Made by a program: the position numbers and the translations under genes | The notes under the pieces: generated by a model | The model's database searches: none | What the model was told of the DNA's origin: nothing | The model's input: only the letters and a program-made list of their open reading frames with translations | Origin: Saccostrea cucullata | Taxonomy: Eukaryota | Direction of reading: 5' to 3' | DNA: 64,000 nt | NCBI RefSeq assembly: GCF_032062105.1 | Contig: NW_026940030.1 | Location: 310,001-374,000, forward strand | Shown: piece by piece, positions 1-13,900 of the stretch | How positions within the stretch are numbered: position 1 is the first letter of the stretch | Layout of the letters: the number at the start of each line of letters is the position of its first letter

Positions 1-2546
1 TTCCCTTGTGTTTTCAATATCAATAGTATCACATTTCTTTATGAATAACATTATAATTGAAAGTCCAAATAACAAAGAGCCAGAAAGGTTTTAATATGTG
101 TGACTGTTTATATTCAACCTTTCCTGCCAACCAAACTTGAAACCAACCATATATACATCTAGGATACTGCAGTTACAGTCTTTTAAATCTTGTGTAGTTT
201 TTTTTTAAAGAAAAAAAATTCTGATAACATTGGCTATTGACACAGGTAAAAGGTTTCCACTAATCCCACTATTGTTCACCTGTTTGGTAAAATCACAACC
301 ATTAAATCTGATCAGGAAAAAAAGAATTCTTGATCGAATCATTGACCAATTTAACAGCTACTTTTTACCCTTGGCACAACAACAATCATTGCTATGATAT
401 AAATTGCATCCCCTGAAAGAGGAAATGATACACGGCATTATAGATGGTATAGTTCAGGGGGACAAATCACCAAGATTTCAGAACAGCTGCAAATCAACAA
501 ATACGTTGTCATCTCAATCCAACTTTTTTTTACTAGTGGGTATATATTAAACATTATACATGTATGAGATCAAGGAAGAGCTGTTACATGTGTATTGTAA
601 TCATTGTCTCCTTCAAACTGTTCTTTTCATACAGAAGTTTGTTCAATTCAGGGCAATTATCCTCTGCAAGTTCAACTACATGTGATTCCTAATACATATA
701 TACATTTAATTCAACAATGTCTACTTTAATCTGTGTTTATTTTCTTGAAGATTTATGCTTAAATTTTATAGAAGTGCACACTATAGATTTTGCATTTATA
801 ATCAGTTTGAATTCACAAACAATATACAACACCACCATTGAAGGGACTTAGTGGAGGAGAGTAAAGCAAACAAACACTATCATCCAGGAGACTCTCTGGT
901 GACCAAATGTCACATTCATATCTTAATCTGAAGCCAACCAATACTGTTCAAGATATATGTGAATGGGTATCAAACATTTCAATAGACGTAATCAATTTTC
1001 AACTTTGTATCCAAAGATATGAAAAGTATTTAGACCCCGGCAACTTATAAAACAACTGATAATGGGGCTAGGGGATTTAAAGTAAAAATATATGCCCCGA
1101 CGTTATTGCAATTTAACCCGTTTTCCATTATAATGGCATCATTCAGGGAGGGAGGCTGTTTCAGTATGTAAAATCTTGCCAGGGGGCCGCTCTCTATCAT
1201 TGGAATTATACATATTGACTAATTTATTTTCAGTAAATGCCATTTACACATAACTTTGCTGTGCCTTTAACGTTGAAGAATAATGTTTCCTTTTCTGCAT
1301 ATTTGGTGTCATACCAGTGACAGGAATCAATAAGGTTATTTGTCAATCCTCTACACTGATTTCTGAACAAACATTTGCGGTTTCAATGTTCACTAACCTG
1401 GGTAACGTGTATACATGTATACTGTGAATTAAATTCTATGGGAAAACCTTTTTTTAAAGGAAGACTTGCATACTGTATTTATATACCACGTAGTTATGAA
1501 AACGAAATTTGAAGTGTCAATTAATAACTTAAGCTGAAAATTCAACTACTGTAAAATTTGGGGTTGCATTCAAAGATGAACATAAAGAATTCCATCTTGA
1601 TTTTCTAATTCTTATTTGTTTTCCATTGAAAATGAAAAGTATAACATACGTAAGAAATTGACAATTTAATACATCATTATCTATTCTGACTTTACAATCT
1701 AAATTATAAATAAGTCCTTAAAAAAAAAATTTAATAGACATATTTTTTCTTCAAAATCTAAATTTTTATGATCACTGCAGCATACTTTTATTTACTTTTT
1801 CAATATCTAAGAACTTCAAAACCGCACTGGCCTTCTCAAAAAAGGGCATAGAGTGTAGTTATTCACAGATGTTATTCACAGATGTGGACAGGCAAATTAT
1901 TGTTCTAAACATAGGCTTGCTTTACTGAAACAGACATAATTGTGTTGACTTTTCTCGATAAATAAATATTTATGTTGAGCAATTCCTGCAAATAAATCAA
2001 GGGTAGTCTATTCTATTCTCACTTTATCAAATTATATTACACTTGATCGTCCTTTGATATCTGGAGAATTTTTCTGGGCCAGGCAGGCATGTGGGGGGTG
2101 TTATTTCTAACACTGAGGAATCTATCTCCTATACTACCTTAAAAGGACAAGGCATATAAATTTACAGTATTTATCCCCCTCATCCAAGGAGTGTTTGGTT
2201 ATAGGTTGCTAGCAATATTCAATTTCTGTTGTGTAAATACTTGAGGTTTTATGAAGTGAGTTATTTTAAGTTTCATTACTCCTTGTCTCTCTGAACCTTT
2301 ATATACAAGACAATTTTATTTAAAAATGCACAAGCCTTATTAAGTCATATATTAAATGACTTTCTAATGGTTAATAATTGGAAATGTCTGACAGCAGCTT
2401 TATATATGTTAAAGTATGCAAAAATACATTATTATATAATATATTTTGCACTTAAGTTTAAACACTATGTTTACATTTTCAAAATCTAAATGATATGTTA
2501 ATAGCATTTCACAATTATTCAATCTTGAAATGTTATCCAGACTTAC

Positions 2547-2865
2547 TTTGTGTCTGCATTTCAGCACCACCCCATAGGCCCCTGAAAAATTTATATAGTA
2601 TATCAATGACTATAAAGGGATACTAAAAAAATAAATAACATTGTTACTACATGCAAATAAAATCTTGCAAAACTTCAGACTTCTAGACATACTGATATAG
2701 TTAACAGTTGTTTATTTTTCTTCCCTCATAGGAATGACTTTTAAAACAGTTATTTTCTATATAACATAAAATAAGAATTGAAATAAATTGGTATTTGTAT
2801 AAGATGAATGAATGGCTTAGTTACAGACCTTCCCCTACAACGCCCAGTATTTCGTACTTGTTCAT
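2547..2865 (-). CDS. CDKL5: Cyclin-dependent kinase-like 5, first two coding exons (2865-2829 and 2581-2547); gene continues left of the window
   Basis: Spliced translation [24 protein letters not shown] with GT-AG junctions matches the CDKL5 N-terminus as recalled ([24 protein letters not shown]). The second exon is 35 nt. Confidence 0.85.
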
Positions 2866-5225
2866 TACATATCACAGGTCTTGGCATAGGCACAAATGTT
2901 CAATTCCCCACATGTCAGAGTCCCACTCTGTAGAAAAATAAAAAACAACATTTAGTTCTTCTGCAAATTTGTTTGGTGATAAATACACATTATTTGGTTT
3001 CAATATGTGCAGGTGCATAATAATGACTTCCTGCAAGTGTACATGCTGCAAGGTAAACACCGGAAACAGTTGGCCTTTTTCTTTTTATTCGCAAACACCT
3101 AAGTGCTTTATCAAATTACCATTTCTCTCTAAAATTAAATGGCTGATAAAAAAATCAAGGAAAAAACTTTACTGCTCTAAAACACGTCACAGTGATATTT
3201 AGAAGTCAGATGTTTACACTGAGTTTAAAATTAACAAATATTGTTGTCAACTCTAATTATGTGTAAAGAATTACAATTAGAATTTTTTCAGAACATTTCG
3301 TTATCTTTTTTGATGATATGACTAAGAAATATTAAATTCTTCACAATTATATAATCTAATTATATGTGATTGTTGATTTTTACTGAATCTGTATTAAAAG
3401 TTCCAGACATAATGAATCATTTAACATATGTACATATGAAATATTTGTAAAACTAACAAATTAATTTATTTACTTCATTGTCTACCTCAAGTCTTATCAG
3501 AAACCCTGAAATTTTTTTTTTCTCATATAAAGACATTGAAAATATCAATAAGAGAAATGTAGGTTATACCTGGCTTATTGCAATAAAAGTTGGCCGCATG
3601 TCCTTACAAGTAAAACACTATTGTGTTTCATTTAAAGACTGTGTTGGCCAGCAATGAACTTCTAAATAATATCCTTCTAGGATCAATAAATCTACTGAAA
3701 TGATTTAAAGCTCTAGGGGGAAAGATTGGGTGACATTAGTAATCTTATTGTGCAGTTTATCCTGCATAAGCCCTGAACAGTTTACTATAAGACTTGGTCT
3801 TAAAATAGATTTTGAAACCATTTTATTTTTTTCCCCTACAAATTTCATATATCTTAGAGAGAAAAGGATTTTCTTTATTGTACGACAATGATATTAAAAT
3901 GTTAATTAAAAAAAGGTTCTAATGTTGCAAATTTTTATAAATAGATTATAAAATTGAACATTTAAGATCTAAGACTGTAAATTTTTTTTACAATTCATAT
4001 CGGTTATCAAGAATTATATTTAATGTTTTTTATATTTGTCTTGAAATCAGATAATCTAAATGCTGATTCATCATTCAATGTTCTAAGTAAATTAACTTTA
4101 TTTCTCAGTGAAGCACACATCAAAGTATTTGTGAAAAAGTATGTGAAACAACTTCTGCTCTAAACCATATAAAACCAAGGTATATGCTCTTTGCCATGAA
4201 AATTCATCGCTATTTTAAGGTAAGAGAGCTAGATTGAGATTCAATCATGTGAATTAATTAGAAATAAATAATTAACTATGTAACATGCACCTTCCTTAAA
4301 CATGTTAAAGGGTAGGTGGACGATTAATTAACTATAGATTTATGAAAATGAAGGTAAAATGAATTTATCTTTATAAACATCAAAATTATCAAGTCTGTGA
4401 AAGTTCAATAAGAAAGAATTAAGAATTGATCAGATATGTCTCACAATATTGATAAACAACGGAAATTTACAAGAAATAATGTTGTTGCAATTTTCTACAA
4501 CTTTACGCTACATGTCGATGGTTGAAATTGATACAAGTCTATAGATTTAATTGATTTAGCCTACAATCTAGCAAAAATAATACAAAAAGACTTAAAGTTT
4601 TATTTTCATGCTGATAGAAAAACTTGCATGATGATACGTACAATGGAAGTATACATAATTGTGGTCACTTAATCAAAATAAAGGAAATTTAAAATTACTG
4701 TAAATAACTGCCGTATCGTTTCAACAGGCCTAGGCCTAAATGAAAATTTAAAAATAAAGCTAAACAATTTTAAATTTAGTCAATCTAAGTTATTTTGCAA
4801 ATTTCGAAAAACACAAGTAAATATTTTAATTTTAAAACAAATTATTCAGTTTCTTACCCATAAATATGGTGTGATATCGTAACATGTTTAAATCCAAATA
4901 GAGCCATGTTTATTTAACAAGTGTCCGAACATGTAAACAACTGACACAATTTAATTTAAAGTTGTTTTTAAAACGATATCCAAATTAACTCAAGTTGAAA
5001 AAAAAAAGTACGGTTCACATCTAAATAAGACAGAAAAGAAAATCGTTTAAAATCCAATCAATCACTGTTGCAAGATATGTACTTCCTTAACGGCGCAACA
5101 ACTTTGTTTAGTTGGTCAACATGCTTCGCAGTCAAACACCCTGTGCGCTTTGTCCGCCATGAATATTTTCCTTGCCAACATACCCATGATGCACCGTCAT
5201 TCAAAATGGTGTGGCTAAAGAACGC

Positions 5226-8200
5226 GGGTACAAGTCAAAACGGTACCTGGTGAAAACGGCACTTGGGAAATATGCAAAACGGCACTTAGGCCTAGTCAAA
5301 ACGGCACTTGAGAGTAGTCAAAACGGCACTTATTTCATTTTTTTCTATTTTGTTATTTCCTGAGTTGTTTATATGGGAAATTGGTGTTTTCTCAGTTAAA
5401 TTTATAACATGATATATTTTTATATTATTACTGATAAAAATTTACAAAAAATATTTAAAAAAAAAAGAAAAAAAATAATTAATTCCTTTTAAAATATATT
5501 ATTATACAATAGTTAGATTTTTTAATGTTTTGTAAATTATCTGTCAATTATTTTCTACAAACTGGACAAAATCTTAATTAATTATGATCCTTTGATATTT
5601 AATTTGGTACTTCTATCAATTAAAATAATATGTGTTCAACAGTCTTCTTCTTTGATTGATCAAAGGGATTATTAAGTAGCTAGTGGTTGCATAATTACGG
5701 GGGTAATGATGAGACACTGCCGGGAATTTGGGGTTGGTGTACCCTGTTTACCATTCTACACTGAAGAAAAGAAGAAGAAAGATGGGTAAGTTATTAGTTA
5801 AGAATTATGAAAAATTAGTATTACTTATTATACCTTACAGTTATATATTTTAAACATTATAAAAAATAATATTGTAGTTGGAAATCATTATGTATAGTAG
5901 TTCAATTAGTAAAGAAATATTTAGGAAAGTTCTTTAAAATTTAGTTCTTATATCTTTCAAGATAATTAATGGCAAATTTAAGGTAGTTTAAGGTGGTATA
6001 TATATGCAAAAATAGTAGGCAATAATTATTTAGTTTATTTTTCTAACATTATGAAAATAATAATGTAGTTTGAAATCATTATATGTATATGTAGTAGTTC
6101 AGTTAGTTAAGAAATATATTTCAGCTAGTTATTAAAAAATTCTTATATTTATTTTTCATGATGATGCCAAATTTAGGGTAGTTTTAGGTGGTATATATAC
6201 AAGAATTATAAATTTAGCATTTAAGATGTATTCAATAATCATAAATTTTTGATAATTAAATTTTTATGATTGTGAAAGAAATCATTTAAAGTATTATATA
6301 TTGCAAAAGAGTAAAGTGATGATTTAGTTAAGATTTGTTTGGTATAGTATTTAATTGATGTATATTCTTAATATCTTAAACTTCATAATTTTCAACATTT
6401 TTAAAAAATAAGATAATTTAGAGTTGTATTGACACAAATTTTATAGCATTTTTGTTTTTCATTTGTACAACATATTCAAAATAATGTATGTGTCATATAG
6501 TAGAAGTTTTCAACAAATTGGTTTATTCATCTTTTTTTTTTAATTTTTTTTTTTAACTTATTACATGTATATTTTGGGGGGTTATAAGGTGCCAGTTACA
6601 GATGACTAATTAGAAGCCAGTTAGTGAATGTTTACTTAGAATACACATGTAGGAATAAGAAACAAAAGACCATTTCACACCTCCCCCATTCTGCTGATTA
6701 TCAATTTGCAAACATATACTATTGTGTGTTTCACTATTCTTTATTGAATATTAAAATATGCATTGCACACACTTGTAAAAATCTTAGAAAAACTAATTAA
6801 AACTTATGTATTCATAAAATCTGAATAAGTATACATTTTCTAAGTTTCTACAAATTACTATATATAGAAGTGCCAAAAAATTATTTATAACTGCAGATGA
6901 AAAATACAATGTTGATATTATAAAATTTAATAATTCATGAAGATATCACTAAAGTTATCGACAATTTGGTTGACATCGAAGTTATATAGTGTACCGCTTC
7001 CTTCGACAAGTCATGTCTCTGCCTTTTCTCCCCCCTGAGCACATCGAGGACACCTTTGACAGGCTTGATGCCAGGGCACCAGAGCAACTGCAACCCATCA
7101 TGGACTACGTGTACCACACCTGGATTAGAAGTGCTGTGTTCCCCATCGACAACTGGACCGTATTCATGACCTCTGTGAGGACGAACAATGACGTGGAGGG
7201 GTGGCACAACCGTTTCAACACGTGTGTAGCCACAAGGGGACCTGTGCCTTTCTACCATTTAATCCAGGAGTTGTACGCGGAGGCCAGCGATATTCCTGTC
7301 CAGCTCCGATTGGTTACAGAGGAAAAAACTCCAGCGCTACCAAAGGAAGAAGAGCAGGCAGATCCAGGGGAAGCTGTTCAATCTGTGGGAGCGGTATTGC
7401 GAGAGAAGCCTGTCTGCAAGTCATCTACTGAAGGAGTGCGCCGTTGTGTATGGACCCCCTGCCCAGTAATATGGATGAACTGAATTAAGGAAGGTGTTCC
7501 ATTTTCCCGACTGAACTTTATTGACGTGATTGTGATCGAAAAATAAAATTGTGATGTTTAATAGTTTTGTGATATGATTTTTGCTGAACATCTTATGATG
7601 TACATATCCTATTGATGATTGTATGATTGTATGAATATGAAAACTTAATTTATATGTTTGCAGTGCATGTAACTATTCGCATTGGTAACAATGCTATTTT
7701 ATGATTGCTATATGTGATTGTGATGTTTAATAGTTTTGTGATGTGATTTTTGCTGAACATCTTATGAGAACAATGCTATTTTATGATAATGTAATACAAA
7801 ATATAATAAAGTTAATATCATCATTATTATTTAATTTTATTTAATTTTATTATTTAAAATAATTTACATTAATAGTAGCTATTACATATTATCAAGGTTT
7901 ATAGGAATTTACTTATAGATAAGCAAATTAAAAATTATATGCTTGTCTATTTTTAATTAATGAATTTCAAAGTAATAAAAGATGATGTTGTTATTGCTTA
8001 TTGATGTTTTTTTATGAATAAAGTTATATTAAAAAAACAATGCTGTTATATCTTTACTATAAAAAGGAGGCTATAAGATGAGAATGACGATATGGATATT
8101 AATACCAGAATGGATATATATTTAAAGAAATGAAATAAAAAGAAATTTATTTCATATTTAGTAATTAAATTTGCACATTTAAGGAATAAAAAAATATGTA

Positions 8201-8510
8201 AAAATATAAGGACATTCACTTATATATATATATTGTTTTCTTGGGAAAAAAATGGACCCCCCCCCTTCCCAGAAAAAAAAAAATTATAAACTGTACATAT
8301 CTATATGCCAACATGCAAATATATATCAATATATATATCAAATTGTCATTACATATATACTTTTTTCTATAAGTGCCGTTTTGACCAAGTGCCGTTTTAA
8401 CCAAGTGCCGTTTTGACCAAGTGCCGTTTTCACTAGGTGCCGTTTTGCATAATCCAGGTGCCGTTTTCACCAGGTGCCGTTTTCACCAGGTACCGTTCTA
8501 ACCATAATTC
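5226..8510 (+). mobile_element. Internally deleted Mutator-like (MULE) DNA transposon
   Basis: 8-bp TSD AAGAACGC (5218-5225 / 8511-8518). Inverted subterminal arrays of AAAACGG(C/T)AC (about 5 copies left, about 8 right). Carries a transposase remnant. Confidence 0.9.
6990..7483 (+). pseudogene. MULE transposase C-terminal fragment, apparent frameshift near 7325
   Basis: LPFLP...YVYHTWI...WTVF...RTNNDVEGWHNRFN is the Mutator catalytic-Glu motif. The N-terminal DD region is absent. Confidence 0.85.
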
Positions 8511-8704
8511 AAGAACGCACAGGTTGAGGAAATCCTGAGTTTTGCTGTCGCACGCAACAATGCGAAATTAAATTTTCAGGCATTTCAGAATTTTATATAT
8601 CAGTTTTGCTGAACATTTTACATATTGTTTTAAAGACAATTCGAGATTTTTAAACCAACAAAATTTAAATCAATAAAAAAATTGAAATAATTACCATACC
8701 GTTT

Positions 8705-9563
8705 GGCCAGGTAAAATTAATCTTTAGATTCTCATCCTAATTTGCAAAAAAATTGGGGCGGGTGGGCGGATTTTATTTTTTATTTTTTATAATTGTTAAT
8801 TTATATATAGGCCTAAGTATCAACAAAACAATGGACGCCCCGTACACATTGTTTTCATTACCTTAATGCAAATATGAATAGATTTAATTCTTTTCATATT
8901 CTTTTAAATATTTAAAGAAAATTTTTGCTTTGAAAGTTAAATATTTATTGTTAATTAACAAATTATCAAGTACACATTATACGCCACACCCTGAACAAAA
9001 TGAGGTGGGGATAACCAATAAATTGTGTATGCGTGACTTCTTATTTTGCAAAATTTTAATCTATATAAATGTTCTAATAGTTATTCTACTGAAAAATCTA
9101 GGCCTTCTCTTAAGTCTGTCTACGATGTTGTAGATTTTTTTTTATTTCAAAGCTAAGTCACACAGCTGGAGATCGTTATATATAACTTGACCAGGTGTCA
9201 TTTTCCTCGTCTATTTTTACTTAGTTACAATCTACATACTTGCTCCTGCCAGTGATGGTATCTTATATGTGTTTATGCTATTTTTTCTTCTCTGCCTTCT
9301 CTATACTGACAAATTATCTTTTCCTTACACATTTAAACTGCTTTTATTGCCGATTTTTCTCCATTCTTCACATGGCGTTTTTGCTATAAATAGCGACACG
9401 CGACTTTTAATACAGACGGGAGATAACTCTTAAACTTTGACCCAAATTCTTACTGAATAAAAATTCATGAAAATACCCAAAAATCAAAATAAAAAACATC
9501 GGGGCGGGACATTTTGAGAGGGGCGGGCGGGGATGAGAATCTAAAGATTAATTTTATATGGCC
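8705..9563. mobile_element. Non-autonomous TIR element, PIF/Harbinger-like
   Basis: ~33-bp TIR GGCCA(GG/TA)TAAAATTAATCTTTAGATTCTCATCC with 3-bp flanks TTT/TTT. Confidence 0.75.
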
Positions 9564-10922
9564 TTTTTCCAAACTGTATATATATTTCTTTTAATTTGAT
9601 ATATAAATTCATAAAAACTGTCTTCTGTCTTATGATACACGTCCTACTAAATTGTTGTATAAGGGATTCTTCACAATTTGTGATTAATTTAATAAGATTA
9701 AAAAAAATGTAAAGAAAACAATTTGCAACAAATGTCGCACTTCGTTCTGTTGATCTAACTCTTACAGGAATATTGTTCATAGAACCCCTCGGCCACACAC
9801 TCACAGTTATCACTTCACCGAAACCTGCTCACTTAATTATTCATTAAAATGGCGATGGAACATGATTGATTCTAATAAAGACAAATTACCGTCCAATTTT
9901 TTTTTAACCACGGGAAAAAATCTCGAATGTCAGTGATGCGGGCGTTTGCACATTCGCACAAATATTCTTTCCAAAATGCAGAGGACAGTGATTCATCTGA
10001 TGATTCCACGTACAAGTATTGGTTGGATAAAGAAAAGTTTTTGGAAACTCGAACTCTAAAATATTTTTCGAAGGGATCCTGCATTTCATGCAAAAGAGAG
10101 GTAACTTAACGCAATACACATTTTTATAACTGAGAACAAAAAATACAAACTATAATATATGCGAGTTCATGTATTTTCTAAAAGAGTTAATACAGCACTG
10201 TAGTCATTTTTGTTTTATCATATATAATAGAAATAAAGTATTTAAACCATCAATAGATTTAGACTGGCTTGCAGTCTATAATAGATTTCGGCAAACAATA
10301 TATAAAGCAATTTGGGTTTAAATTCATCATGAATATCCTTTTTCAAACAAACTAAGAAGCTTAGTCGAGAAACTAAAACCATTAGCAATAAAAAGTAATC
10401 AACATTAATTATTCAGTATAATAACAGTTACTAGGCATGGAATCATGAATATATAATATCATTATATTCTCTTCTCTATGTATAATATTAAACTAGTATG
10501 TTCAGAATTCGATGAAATCATGAAAAACTGAAATTCAGAATATGACTAAATTTTGGGAAAATGTCAGTTTATACTTTATTAACTACGTGTTTACATTAAT
10601 TTGATTAAAATGATTTTGTGCTCTTTAGTTAAAAAAAAAAAAAATACACGAATGAGAAAGCGTACGAGGTAGCAAAGTGCAATCCAATGTTTTCGTACGA
10701 CCAATCAAAACCCGGAATTTATTCATCCCGATGTAAACAAAGCGGAATATTTTGAAAATTTTAAAAGATGTGAAAATGACAGGGATTCAAACTTCTTTTT
10801 GTTTTTAAATTTATGAAGTAAACTCTGCAAAAACTTAAGATCAGTTTGAAAATTCATAAAAATGGACTTTTGACAGAAGCTTTCATTTCAAGGTTCTAAA
10901 TTCTAGCGAGTTGTGCAGCAAA

Positions 10923-13900
10923 ATGGAGCGAGATCGACCAGAGTATATGTCGGCTGAAGACTTGAGAAATAGATTATACCACAGTCTAAGAGACAGAGGA
11001 TTATTCGATTCTATAAAGGTTATTGAAATTCTAATCGAATTCATCGAAAAATAAAATGATGTGCATATAAAGTAGGCAAGAGTGTGCAATTATGTATCCT
11101 GAAACATGTTAGCACCTGTCATTTCAGTTTTCATTTCGAATTTTCTCAACGTTTCTTTCTTGAGAGTACATCACCATTAAGTACATAACTTTGTTTTTAA
11201 GTTTCTTTATTTAGAGTACAGCACCATTAAGGACATAACTTCGTTTTAAGGTTGATAATTTTAGAAAATTGTTACTTAATGATAACTTTCATGCGTGAAA
11301 ATTGATTTAGAAACAAAAATAACTAGATTTTGAATGATTCTCTAAGTTTATGTCAATAACACACGAGTTTATTTCAATATTGTGTGACAGTTCATGCATT
11401 ATGCATTTATTTGTTGTGTATTTCCAGCTAAAGTGAAAGCAATTTAGCAATCTATGTGTTGAAAAAAATGTTTCGATATAATAAAACGGTTCTGGAATGG
11501 GAACTCGGGAAATAGCAAATTTATGGTTCCCCTAGGCAGAAAAATGCAACTTCGCCACCTCTGAAAATAGTTTCCTCCCTTGGGAAACCATAAATTTGCT
11601 ACGTCCCTCGTACCCATTTCATAACTATATACTGTTGTTAAAATGATATTGTCCTATGGAGGTACGGACCCAGTTGTGGTGAGGGCTTGTCCTGAGACAC
11701 AGCTAGATTATTCTAAGTAACTATATATAGGAGTATGATTTGTAATGTTTTAAAACTATACATTATTTTTGAAATGCAAGCTAAGGTAAATAAAGGTGGT
11801 TAATGATGAGAAGTCTCCAGATATCGATGACCATGTGCCACCTGTTGCTATTTCAACCTGAATAATTAATTTGTTGATATGAAGGAAAAGTTTCTGTGCC
11901 ATAATATTTGTTTATACACATATAGTGCAAGATTGTAAAGAAAAAGTAAACAAGAAATTGTGAGATTTTGAACAATTGCAAATATGTTATTGTGTCTCTG
12001 TTATTATGAAGTGTATTGTAGTAAAACAATATTGAATTGATTTGAAATTATAATGATCTACTTACTGAACAATCAAAATTTTATCACATTTTTATATTAC
12101 CACATATAGAGTCAGCTGAGAAATAAATTGGTAACAGAACTACAACAAACAACAAAGGGACACCTTTCGGAGAGAACCGCTAAAGATGCAGAAGAGGGAT
12201 CCTTGTTACACAGAGCGTCAAACAGCCTGGTGGCAGAACATTTACGACACTGCAAATATGACTACTCGCTTAGTGTGTTTTTACCAGAAAGCTCAACAGT
12301 TAGAGATAAAGTAAGTTTAAATAAATTAACTTAATTTAAGGTCATATTCTGTTGTCCCATTATGTTTTTTTCACAAGATACAATGTGCATTCCCACTTTG
12401 TACCATAGAGGATTTTTTCTGAAGAGAATGTATTTTTTATCAATATCATGAAAATAGCCATTCATAAATTTAAATTTTGTATAATTATATTTAAGTAAAT
12501 ATACTTGATGATTAAGATTTTATGATCATGATTGTATTTTGCAATGCAGCTGCCACCTGAGCCAAAATTGGAAGGCTCAAGTGAGTTTTTTCAAAACAGT
12601 TGACATTCGTTGTAGATCGTTGTTGTCGTTGTTAAGTTTAAATAACAAAACTTGGAGAAATGGAATTTTTACTGTTCTAAGGTCAATATTCTGGAAGAGA
12701 GAAATGTCATTTTCCATGGAGAACTTTTTTGTCACATGAATTCATGTATATCCTCAGGTAGTGCAGATTACATGCAAAAAATGGCCAATAAAAATATAGG
12801 TGCATTCCCACTTTGTACCATAGAGGATTTTTTCTGAAGAGAATGTATTTTTTATCAATATCATGAAAATAGCCATTCATAAATTTAAATTTTGTATAAT
12901 TATATTTAAGTAAATATACTTGATGATTAAGATTTTATGATCATGATTGTATTTTTTTTTTAAACAAAAAAACTTCTTGGATACAAAACTGAAAGTTTAT
13001 ACATTGTCACAGTAATCCTTTAGCCAATTCTGTAAATTTGTTAGAATTCTATAATACATGCTATTAAAAATTATTTGAAATTTAAGATTTTTACAACCCA
13101 TGACCTTCTGCAAATCCTTGGAGTCAGTTCCCAATCAAGATTATATCGCAAAATGGTAAGTTGTGGCAATTTAGTTATAAAATAAAAAAAGTTACTAAAA
13201 ATCTTCTTGCCAGTAATTGAGATTGAATGAAATAATCCCTTTTTCCATTGCAGGCAAAAGGACAATCTGATTCAAACAAGAAAGGTAAATGATTTTGCAA
13301 AAATGATTATTAATGGAAATTGTTTTAGAGAATAATTTTAGATTGTTTTATTCAGATTTTAAAAATTAAAAATCCATCTTACAGCATATAATGCTATGAT
13401 AATGTATCACTATGTGTTAAAGGCTTTAATTCTCAATGTTAAAAAAAAACGATTTTAATGATGATTAACTTACATGTACATGTATGTCATATTCGGCAGG
13501 ATTTTTATGGCAGCTACTGTGTGAATTATCTGCCCTCCACTCTAATGCAATGCAGGAAACCGGAACTCAAACAGATCTCATCAAAATTGGAGTTGTGTCA
13601 GCACTTGGTATGTTTTATTTTAGATGACATGGATAGACTGTACCCTTTTTCTTCAATTTATGATAATTAACTTCTAAGATATTATGATTTGTGCACTCTT
13701 CTCCATCAGATGAGAAGCTTGGAGAAATGGAAGACTTTTACTCTTCTAAAAGAGATGAAAATTTCCGAATCGGTGCTACAGCTATGGAAGAGAGACTGAT
13801 GTCATTTCAGAGACAGCTGGAGGAGAGGTACAGAACAGACCTGAAACTGGAGGTATGCTAAGGCAAAAAAAAATTAATTTCTTGGTTCTCAGGCCCTCCC

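Noticed and set aside
1-2540. Further CDKL5 exons or ncRNAs in the leftmost 2.5 kb
   Set aside because: I could not find the expected next exon (E...VAIKKFK) or any convincing RNA motif, so it is treated as intron.
8216-8470. ORF MKTAPGLCKTAPSENGTW...
   Set aside because: Translation of the MULE subterminal repeats.
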